DNA of 34,944 bases, taken from assembly GCA_046861395.1 (NCBI GenBank), contig JBHHUC010000021.1, positions 1 through 34,944 on the forward strand, written 5' to 3'. The translations under genes and the position numbers were made by a program. The notes beneath the pieces were generated by a model that saw nothing but the letters and a program-made list of their open reading frames with translations, did not search any database and was not told where the DNA came from. The stretch is from Fidelibacterota bacterium (GTDB taxonomy: Bacteria; Fidelibacterota; Marinisomatia; Marinisomatales; JABMOV01). Positions 27,391-34,944 of the stretch are shown here, in pieces (the first letter of the stretch is position 1; the number at the start of each line of letters is the position of its first letter).

Positions 27391-27679
27391 CATCGACGGT
27401 GGGCCGGGAACCGGATTTAGAGATAAAAAGGATATTGGGAGACATCGATTGAGTGTCAGCCGGAACAAGGATTGCTGATTACACCAGGATGAATGGATGG
27501 TAGGTCCCGGCCTTGAGGATACGGTCTGCAATAATATGACGCACGCGAATATGATTCCACGGATCGACCTGGGCAAGACTAGGTTGTAGATTCCATATTC
27601 CGAAGAATGGCCGGCGGAGTAGATTACACGTCGTGTCTCCAGGTCCTCTATTAACAACCCGACAAGAAAGGATGATATC

Positions 27680-28254
27680 ATGATTTCAAAACGAATCCTC
27701 GTCCTGTCGATATTATTGACCTCAACGCTGGTGTCCCAAGCACCCCAACCTCAGGTCGGTGTATATTTGCAGGAATCCATGATTAACGATTTCTTTACCC
27801 CCGTGGGACCGATTTCCGGTACCGGTAAGAAAAAAGGTACTAAGTACAAATGGACCATCAAAGATCCACGGATCGATATTGAGCAGGGCAGCGCCACCTT
27901 CAAGGCCAAAGTCAAGGTCAAAGCCGGGGCTTTCAAAACCGTAGATAAACCAGGGGTGAAGTTGCCATCGATTATGACCCCGCTTCCAATAGGATCCACA
28001 TTACCATTCTGGAAGCCAAAGTCAAACTCTACTTCAAACTGTTGGGTACGAAAATCCCCATTGGGACCATTGACGTGGCAAAATATTACAATCCGTCTTT
28101 TGAATTTGCCGGCCCTCAGCCCATCCAGAAGCAGGTAACCCTTGATCTGCCCGACGGTAAACAACGAACCATCAAAATTGATACTATAAATCAACACCTG
28201 GTGCTGGAGAAAGATCGCGTGGCCGTGTATTCCGATTTGACCTTTTCGCAATAA
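27680..28254 (+). pseudogene. Secreted beta-rich hypothetical protein split by a single-base frameshift
   Basis: RBS AAGGA and signal peptide at 27680. Adding one base at the A-run 27947-27949 joins the 5' frame to the frame ending at TAA 28254, giving about 191 aa. Confidence 0.7.
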
Positions 28255-28270
28255 GGTGGACACTCGTATC

Positions 28271-28304
28271 TATGAATATTTGAATATATATTCACATAAT
28301 CATA
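28271..28304. promoter_or_regulatory. ArsR/SmtB (CzrA/SmtB-box)-like operator
   Basis: 34-bp imperfect palindrome (15 of 17 arm positions match) with perfect core TGAATA-TA-TATTCA (28281-28294), 9 nt before ATG 28314. Confidence 0.65.
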
Positions 28305-28313
28305 GAGGCACCA

Positions 28314-28553
28314 ATGATACGAAAAACAGGATTATTACCGCTAATTACTACGGCTAGCTCTACTTTCTGTAGCGCCACGGGATCTCAGGGCTTTGTGGCA
28401 TTACAGGACGGTATGGTGGAAAGAACCGTTCACTATGCCCAAGATTTCATGAATTGCCGGATCAACAACCGCATTCTCACTCCCGATTGCATCTCAGGGC
28501 TGGTAGAAGACGCCGGGTTTTCCGCCAGCCTCCGGGATTGGGAGGGCAGTTAA
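28314..28553 (+). CDS. Small protein resembling a degenerate HMA (MerP/CopZ-like) domain
   Basis: RBS GAGG; C-terminal LQDGMVE..V.Y...ILTPD.I..LVEDAGFSASL resembles HMA beta2-alpha2-beta4; no GMxCxxC motif. Confidence 0.4.
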   Translation: MIRKTGLLPLITTASSTFCSATGSQGFVALQDGMVERTVHYAQDFMNCRINNRILTPDCISGLVEDAGFSASLRDWEGS

Positions 28554-28554
28554 A

Positions 28555-29013
28555 ATGCCCGCGTGCTGTTCCCGGCCTGAAAAACACGGCGATTTGCATT
28601 GTCCTGTCTGTGGCCGGAAGGGGAAGCCAGTGCCGGCCTTGACGATTAAAGCCAATGTGGATCGTGATCATCCCCGGTACTGGGATTTGGATGACGGTGT
28701 CATGTGTCTCAATCCTGACGATGATACGGTCTATTTCTTCCTGGATAAGGATGTGATAATCAAGCATGAAGATATTATCACCGGATTGGGTTTCAAATCG
28801 GACTCATCATCTGATCGCATTTGTTATTGTTATCAATATGGGCGGAAAGAAATCCTGGATGAAGTCAGGGGCAAAGGAAAATCGGAAATCGAAGCGAAAA
28901 TTCGCGCAAGAGTCAAGGCCGGACAATGTACCTGTGAAGTCAGCAATCCCAAAGGGAGTTGCTGCCTGGGGGATATCCGATCCCTCATCCGGGAGTCCAC
29001 TCATGTCGGATAA
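28555..29013 (+). CDS. Cys-rich metallochaperone (CopZ N-terminal Zn / 2Fe-2S-type domain)
   Basis: CPVCG.KG..V...T, C.NPD...VYF, ICYCY, CTCEVSNPKGSCC. Confidence 0.82.
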   Translation: MPACCSRPEKHGDLHCPVCGRKGKPVPALTIKANVDRDHPRYWDLDDGVMCLNPDDDTVYFFLDKDVIIKHEDIITGLGFKSDSSSDRICYCYQYGRKEILDEVRGKGKSEIEAKIRARVKAGQCTCEVSNPKGSCCLGDIRSLIRESTHVG

Positions 29014-29047
29014 ACTGAAGCGATCCTGCGTCCAATCGTATTTAAAG

Positions 29048-32000
29048 ATGGACAAGCAGCCCACCTTCCGGTTCCTGTGGCGAACCGGAATAATCCTTGT
29101 ATTTATTTTGACCAGAACAGTCGGACAGCCCCTTGAATATCATTTTACTACTTTTACGGTGGATGACGGTTTATCTCAAAATAGCATTTTTGCCCTGGCG
29201 CAGGATCAAACAGGTCGTATCTGGATGGGCACAGGGACAGGTATTGATTATTATAACGGTAATAGAATAAAAACTATAAATGAAAGTATATTAGCCAGAG
29301 AATCGGAATGGTTTGTTCGATGCCTATTATTTGATCAAAATGGGCATTTATGGATTGGAACGGAATCAGGAATATTAGCCTCATTTGATCCGTTAAAAAT
29401 GGATTGGGTATACAGATCAACCATTGCAAGGGGCACTGGGATACGGTCTCTTCAATTCGTCGAGAATGGAATCCTTGTTGGAACCTGGGGTAGCGGTATT
29501 TATTATCATGACAATATCTCAGATACAACCTATTCTATTGTACCGGAATTAAAGAATGCCAAGATCAATAGAATTATTGTGGATTCAACAGGAACTTTTT
29601 GGGTGGCGACTAATGATAGTGGCCTTTACCGATTTACAATAGATTCTACCGAAGCAAGATGTGAACAATTTAAACCAGCGACAGTAAGCCCTCCCTGGGG
29701 GGTAGAAATATATGACATCCTTCCTGATGACAAAGGTAGAATGTGGATTGGATCACGGAAGGGACTAACCAGAATTTCTTCCAAAGGTAAAATCAGGCAT
29801 TTTACAACTCATGTGCCCCATAGGGCATTTAATGGATTCAACCAAATTGCTAATTACGGAGACAAGTTGGTTCTCGGTTTGGTAGATAATGGAATAGCGC
29901 TTTTTTCTAAATCGACAGGAAAAATTCAGCATGTGGAACATGTAACGGATGAGGCTCAAAGTCTACCCGGTGACAAAATAAATGCTATATTTGTAGATCA
30001 CACCAAAGAGGTCTGGATAGGAACCTGGGGCGGAGGCGTTACGCACTTCAATCCGGCTCCTCTTTTTGAACATATTAATACCTTACCGTATGATAGGAAT
30101 TCTATCAGCAACTCCAGTGTACGTGCCATACTCCTCTATCCGGATTCAGTTTTATGGGTTGGGTCTTATGGTGGGTTGGACCGATATGGAATTGATTCAA
30201 ATACACATGATCATTATACGCCCAACAATTCAGAATTAAGCAATATCAATGTTTACTGCCTGCTCCCCGACAGGAAAAACATTTGGGTTGGAACAGAAGG
30301 AGGCGGATTGTTCCTACATACCCCTGATAGTCAAACTTTTAAGTCTCTACCGCATCCGGCTGACGTTCCAGGAAAAGATTTCATCTTTGCTATTTCTGAT
30401 TTTACTTCAGATGAAATTGTAGTGGGTACTCACCTTGGGATTGATATTATAAATCGTCATACCGGGGTATTTCGGAAATCGCTGACAAGTAATCCCGCCT
30501 TCCCAAAACAATTACAATCCCAAACGGTCCAATGTCTTTATTTGCAGGATTCTGTTTTGTGGGTAGGTACTGCAACGAATGGAGTGTTCCAGTTGAAAAT
30601 TCCTGGTGGAGAAATCCAGAGCTATTCCCATTATAAGGCGGGGGAATCCAGTGGATTAATCGTAAACCGAATTAAGTGCATAATAGAAGATGTTCGAGGA
30701 AATATCTGGGTAGGGACCCAAGGGGGGGGATTGGCACGATTCAATGGAAATCGCTTTGTTTCACCCATTGAATTAGACCTACTACCGAGTAAAACGATTT
30801 ATGGAATTTGTGAAGATAAGCAGGGGTATTTGTGGCTTAGCACCAACCAGGGGATTCTCAGATATGATGATTCTTCGAATGAACTCGTCCAGTTTGTGCG
30901 GGACAATGGGTTGCAGGAAAATGAATTCAATACGGCAGCATTTTATCAGGCCCAGGATGGTAAATTGTATTTTGGTGGGATCAACGGAATTACATCCTTT
31001 TATCCTCATAAATTATTGCAAGACATTCCGCCTAAGCCGGTAATTTCCGAATACCGGATGGCTACGGGAGAATCTTCAAAAATAGATTTTGGCGGTGACA
31101 CGGATTCATGGCATTCACTGTCTGGAATTAAGACGATCACTATGTCAATGAACCGGGGGCATTTAGCCCTTCTTTTTTCATCACCGGATTATCACCATCG
31201 ACAGGGGATGATTTTTGCCTACCGTTTGGCGGGATTGGAGGAATCATTTCAGGAAACAACCGGTGATCGACCGTTTACCAGTTTTACACATCTACCGCCA
31301 GGGTCCTATAATTTTATTTTGAAATCACGATATTCCGGAAGTCAATTTTGGAGCCCGGAAACGCAGCTTGCCATATTTGTTCCAACCCCATTTTGGCGAA
31401 CACGGTTGGCATATTTATTCTATGTTCTATCGGGGATTTGTATTTCAGTACTGGTTTTTCATTATTATACTCGCCATGATAGGAAATTGAGGGCTGAACA
31501 ACAAGAAAAGATTAAACAGCTGGAACGAATCGACCGCTTGAAACAGGAATCATTATTATCAAAAGAAAAGTACCAGCATGTGTTTAACCAGTCGGCGGAC
31601 CCTATTTTTATCGTTGATAAAGATGGATTCTTCGAGGATTTAAACAAGGCCGGGCAACAATTGTTGGATATTCATGAGGACCTGTCGACACACTGTTTAT
31701 TTGATTTATTTTCTGATGAAACGGGAGCGGAAACATTAAAAACGGAATTGGATAGGGGCGGTGAAGTAAAAGATCTTGAATTCAACCTGACATCGCTTGG
31801 AGGTAATAATCTAGTTGTGTTGATTTCTGGAACGGTTCGAAAGGTAAATGAAAAAATTAATGGTTACCAGGGTAACTTCAGAGATATAACCATGGATATT
31901 CAGCGAAATGTGGAAATCAGGCGATTATTGAGTGGGTTGGAGGCAGCCGGTGAATCCATGGTTATGACAGATGTCGAAGGGCAAATATTATATGTCAATC

Positions 32001-32950
32001 CAGCCTTTACCAAAATAACTGGATTCTCACTCAAGGAAGCCATTGGAAAAACACCCGCGATTTTAAATTCGGGTCAGCATACCCCGGACTTTTTTAAGCA
32101 TTTGTGGAGTACAATTCTGAGTGGAAAGCCATGGTCCGGAGAGATCACCAATCGAAAGAAAAATGGAAAATTTTACACAGCTTCTCTAACAATTGCACCC
32201 TGGAAAGATCTAAAAGGAAACATTGGCGGGTTTGTGGCCATTCATACCGATATTACCCGCCGCCTTAAAATGGAGAAGGATTTAAAACGCAGTCGACAAG
32301 CCTATCAAAACCTGACCCAAAAACTTTTGGCTGTACAAGATGATGAGCGGGAGCGTATCTCGCGGGACATTCATGACAGCCTGGGGCAATACTTGGCCGC
32401 GTTGGCACTGCGCAGCGATATAATTCAGGAGAACCTTTCAGACCAAAACCCGGTGGCAAAGCATAACCTAAAAGAATCACGCAAACTCATTCACAAAGCC
32501 ATCAAAGAGTGCCGGCGACTTTCTTTTGAATTGAATCCGCTTAGCCTACAACGCCTAGGATTGATCCAGGCGATACGCGAACTCATATCAACTGTTCCGC
32601 AAGGCAAAAAATTGAAAATTCATTTTGATCATCCAGAAAATCTTGATCTATCATCAGATATTGGTACTGCACTGTACAGAGTGTGCCAGGAAGCACTCAG
32701 TAATATGACCAAATACTCCGAAGCAGATAAAGTTGATATCAATTTAGAGGAAAGAAAGGATGAATATGTCATGTCTATTAAAGATAATGGGAAAGGGTTT
32801 GATATGGCATCTATTACGTATTCTGGTTTCCAGGGGTCGGGGATTTTGAACATGCAAGAACGCATTTATGCTTTGGGGGGAAAGTTTTCGATTAAATCCC
32901 ATCCCCATGAGGGAGTTAATATTGATATCCGGATACCCAGGAGAGATTGA
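29048..32950 (+). CDS. Sensor histidine kinase: periplasmic beta-propeller repeats, Y_Y_Y, TM, two PAS, HisKA_3, HATPase
   Basis: DDGLSQNSI..LAQDQTGRIWMGT and many W(I/V)GTxGxG repeats; NGLQENEFN; FTHLPPGSY; PFWRT + TM; two PAS; ERERISRDIHDSLGQ; QEALSN..KY; DNGKGF. Start ATG 29048 or 29003; the track's 28766 overlaps the chaperone gene. Confidence 0.92.
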   Translation: MDKQPTFRFLWRTGIILVFILTRTVGQPLEYHFTTFTVDDGLSQNSIFALAQDQTGRIWMGTGTGIDYYNGNRIKTINESILARESEWFVRCLLFDQNGHLWIGTESGILASFDPLKMDWVYRSTIARGTGIRSLQFVENGILVGTWGSGIYYHDNISDTTYSIVPELKNAKINRIIVDSTGTFWVATNDSGLYRFTIDSTEARCEQFKPATVSPPWGVEIYDILPDDKGRMWIGSRKGLTRISSKGKIRHFTTHVPHRAFNGFNQIANYGDKLVLGLVDNGIALFSKSTGKIQHVEHVTDEAQSLPGDKINAIFVDHTKEVWIGTWGGGVTHFNPAPLFEHINTLPYDRNSISNSSVRAILLYPDSVLWVGSYGGLDRYGIDSNTHDHYTPNNSELSNINVYCLLPDRKNIWVGTEGGGLFLHTPDSQTFKSLPHPADVPGKDFIFAISDFTSDEIVVGTHLGIDIINRHTGVFRKSLTSNPAFPKQLQSQTVQCLYLQDSVLWVGTATNGVFQLKIPGGEIQSYSHYKAGESSGLIVNRIKCIIEDVRGNIWVGTQGGGLARFNGNRFVSPIELDLLPSKTIYGICEDKQGYLWLSTNQGILRYDDSSNELVQFVRDNGLQENEFNTAAFYQAQDGKLYFGGINGITSFYPHKLLQDIPPKPVISEYRMATGESSKIDFGGDTDSWHSLSGIKTITMSMNRGHLALLFSSPDYHHRQGMIFAYRLAGLEESFQETTGDRPFTSFTHLPPGSYNFILKSRYSGSQFWSPETQLAIFVPTPFWRTRLAYLFYVLSGICISVLVFHYYTRHDRKLRAEQQEKIKQLERIDRLKQESLLSKEKYQHVFNQSADPIFIVDKDGFFEDLNKAGQQLLDIHEDLSTHCLFDLFSDETGAETLKTELDRGGEVKDLEFNLTSLGGNNLVVLISGTVRKVNEKINGYQGNFRDITMDIQRNVEIRRLLSGLEAAGESMVMTDVEGQILYVNPAFTKITGFSLKEAIGKTPAILNSGQHTPDFFKHLWSTILSGKPWSGEITNRKKNGKFYTASLTIAPWKDLKGNIGGFVAIHTDITRRLKMEKDLKRSRQAYQNLTQKLLAVQDDERERISRDIHDSLGQYLAALALRSDIIQENLSDQNPVAKHNLKESRKLIHKAIKECRRLSFELNPLSLQRLGLIQAIRELISTVPQGKKLKIHFDHPENLDLSSDIGTALYRVCQEALSNMTKYSEADKVDINLEERKDEYVMSIKDNGKGFDMASITYSGFQGSGILNMQERIYALGGKFSIKSHPHEGVNIDIRIPRRD

Positions 32951-33609
32951 TGGATAAGTCAGGAAAAACAACTTTATTAATTGTTGATGATCATCGGCTC
33001 TTTCGAGAGGGATTGAAAAGCCTATTGCAAAATTCACATATACATATTGCGGGAGAAGCGAAAGACGCCAAATCTGCCCTTGAAGCCATTCGCAATCTTC
33101 AGCCTGATTTAGTATTGATGGATATCAGCTTACCTGGTATCAGTGGTATTGAATGCTGTCGCCAAATCACGAACCAATTTCCATCAGCAAAGGTCATCAT
33201 CCTGACCATGCATAAATCGGAGGAATTCCTAGCAGAATCCTTCAAGGCTGGGGCTAGTGGATTCTTATTAAAAAACGCTGCTGCACAAGAATTATTTACT
33301 GCCATAGAATCCATTCATGGTGGGAAAAAATATATTTCTGCCGATATGACCTCAACCGTGATCAATCGCCTCACGTCTAGTGAAGATAGGGGAATTACTG
33401 ATCAACCAGCTTTAACAAACAAAGAAACGGAAATAGTTCGTTTAATTGCCCAAGGGATGGAGAACCAGGACATCGCCCATGCCCTGCATATCAGTGTATC
33501 CACTACCAAAACCCACCGTGCCAATATTATGCGGAAACTAAGTATTCATAAATCTATTGATCTCGTAAAGTATGCGCTTCGCAACGGCCTGATCGACCTC
33601 GATCAGTAG
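32950..33609 (+). CDS. NarL/FixJ-family response regulator (REC plus LuxR HTH)
   Basis: IVDDHRLFREGL, LMDISLP, LTMH, GFLLK; LTNKETEI..LIAQG..NQDIA..L.IS.ST.KTHRANIMRKL; TGATG coupling to the kinase. Confidence 0.95.
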   Translation: MDKSGKTTLLIVDDHRLFREGLKSLLQNSHIHIAGEAKDAKSALEAIRNLQPDLVLMDISLPGISGIECCRQITNQFPSAKVIILTMHKSEEFLAESFKAGASGFLLKNAAAQELFTAIESIHGGKKYISADMTSTVINRLTSSEDRGITDQPALTNKETEIVRLIAQGMENQDIAHALHISVSTTKTHRANIMRKLSIHKSIDLVKYALRNGLIDLDQ

Positions 33610-33631
33610 ACCATACCAAATCCCTCCGTTT

Positions 33632-33677
33632 AATACACCCTGGGAAAGATGATAATCAACCCTGGGGTGTATTTTTT
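33632..33677 (+). terminator. Inverted repeat with T-tract after the response regulator (terminator, or regulator-binding palindrome)
   Basis: AATACACCC (33632-40) and GGGTGTATT (33665-73), extendable by TGGG/CCTG with G-U pairs; T-run to 33677; loop is unusually long (16 nt). Confidence 0.45.
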
Positions 33678-33731
33678 CTCATTCGTATTTCCCATATCTT
33701 TTCCCTGAATTCGAATTCAAATGGAACTTAT

Positions 33732-34097
33732 TTGATCATACTCATCGATGACAACAAAGCATTCAGGGATACATTTCAGCAACTGGTCGAATACACGTCC
33801 GGAGCCTTACCGATTCAGTCCTTTCCTTCTTCAGAAGCTTATTTTTCTACCCCTTACCGGACGGCGGCGAATCTAGTGGTAATAGATATTTTTATGCCGG
33901 GACTGGATGGTTTCGAGACCGCCCGCAGGATTCGACAAAACGATCCTAATATACCTGTCTTGCACATTTCTTCCCATATTTCTTCCAATATTAAAACTTT
34001 ATCACGGAAGAGTGGTGCCTTTGCCTGTATCCAGAAAGATGAATTGGCCCGAAAACTTCCAGAATTGCTGCAGAAATATGTTACACCCTGCACATAA
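33732..34097 (+). CDS. Stand-alone receiver-domain protein
   Basis: LIDDN, VVIDIFMPGLDGFE, ISS, GAFACIQK; 121 aa with no output domain; TTG start uncertain. Confidence 0.85.
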   Translation: MIILIDDNKAFRDTFQQLVEYTSGALPIQSFPSSEAYFSTPYRTAANLVVIDIFMPGLDGFETARRIRQNDPNIPVLHISSHISSNIKTLSRKSGAFACIQKDELARKLPELLQKYVTPCT

Positions 34098-34130
34098 ATC
34101 CTTTCATTATTTGGCAAGAGGAGAATACCA

Positions 34131-34944
34131 ATGAAAAACCTGTATGTAATACTATCCACCCTGGTTATGATTCCCGTCATAGTTTTTTCCCAGACCGTAA
34201 TGGTCCAGGGTGTGCTGCGAGATCCGGCTGGCCGTACAGTGGCCAACGGTACACACGCGGTCACGTTTACACTATATGATGCTGCTACCGGGGGCAGCTC
34301 GGTGTGGAGTGAGACTCATGGTTCAATCACCACGGAACACGGGGTTTTCTCCGTGGAACTGGGAACCGTGAACGCCATGTCATCCCTTTCATTCACCGAT
34401 GACTATTGGGTGGGAATAGCCGTGGACGGTGGGACTGAGATTTCCCAGCGGATGCGTCTTATTAATTCCCCCTCTGCCAATGCTGTCAAAGGTGCTACCA
34501 ACTCATTCCCTTCCACTGGAAATGTGGGTGTGGGGACGACGTCACCCGGCAGCCTCCTGGAATTGAATTCTGCATCACCCTATATCAAGTTTTCCGATAC
34601 TGATGGAGGGTCTGTATGGAATCTGGGAAATTATGGTACAGAAAGATTTATCCTTTATGAAGATGCCGCAGGAACTCCAACTGAGCGCTTCGTTGTGAAA
34701 GAGGGCGGCAATGTGGGCATTGGTACTACGAACCCCCTTTTCCCTTTGCATGTCAATGGCTCCGGCTATTTGGCAGGCCGGCTGCAGCTCATGCGGACCA
34801 GTGGACCGAACTATATTGATTTCCATGATGGTAACAACCTGGTGGTTCGTTCCATGGATACTACCTCTTCCGGTGCCCAGGACATTATGACCGTTGAACC
34901 CGGCGGTAACGTGGGTATTGGCACCACGACCCCTAGTGAAAAAC
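34131..34944 (+). CDS. Secreted fibre/adhesin-like protein with GNVG(I/V)GT repeats (partial, runs off the window)
   Basis: RBS GAGGAG; open frame from ATG 34131 to the end: MKNLYVILSTLVMIPVIVFSQTVMVQGVLRD...VWSETH...GVFSVELG..., then three GNVG(V/I)GTT.P repeats. Missing from the ORF track because no stop lies inside the window. Confidence 0.85.
   Translation, partial: MKNLYVILSTLVMIPVIVFSQTVMVQGVLRDPAGRTVANGTHAVTFTLYDAATGGSSVWSETHGSITTEHGVFSVELGTVNAMSSLSFTDDYWVGIAVDGGTEISQRMRLINSPSANAVKGATNSFPSTGNVGVGTTSPGSLLELNSASPYIKFSDTDGGSVWNLGNYGTERFILYEDAAGTPTERFVVKEGGNVGIGTTNPLFPLHVNGSGYLAGRLQLMRTSGPNYIDFHDGNNLVVRSMDTTSSGAQDIMTVEPGGNVGIGTTTPSEK

Noticed and set aside
28314..28553. Selenocysteine-recoded metal-binding protein
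   Set aside because: No in-frame TGA, and no GMxC/U motif seen in nearby frames.
28766..29002. N-terminal extension of the sensor kinase in the track
   Set aside because: Lies inside the motif-rich chaperone gene in another frame; the export signal starts after 29048.

Overview
Bacterial chromosomal window, most likely from an FCB-group lineage such as Marinimicrobia, Calditrichota or Ignavibacteria. This is inferred from a YPNPFNP-type C-terminal sorting domain, a lipoprotein clade II NosZ and a beta-propeller/Y_Y_Y sensor. In order it holds: tRNA-Val(CAC); a YgjP/SprT-like metalloprotease; a lone type IV pilin behind a perfect sigma-54 promoter; a 4-His membrane protein coupled to an octaheme cytochrome c; a heavy-metal efflux operon (Cys-rich leader protein, czcCBA-like RND pump, PII-like protein, CDF); and a clade II N2O reductase cluster (fasciclin, cytochrome c, nosZ, nosB-like, nosL, nosD, nosF, nosY). 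Next come mixed genes: Fluc with DUF190, an FGE/CLec lipoprotein, DUF3228, a sorting-domain protein, a CoiA-like nuclease and an exported MsrB. After a tRNA-3'-end-like fragment near 24.95 kb there is a more accessory-looking block. It contains a 768-aa membrane-anchored protein with a cytoplasmic AAA-less Lon (S16)-type protease domain and an outside FG-GAP-like domain, which is the best candidate for an undescribed signalling or defence system. It also contains a frameshifted secreted protein, an ArsR/SmtB-like operator with a degenerate HMA gene and a CopZ-N-type chaperone, a mosaic two-component system, and the 5' part of a secreted GNVGIGT-repeat fibre protein absent from the ORF track. 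All calls come from motif recognition by eye; no database searches were run.
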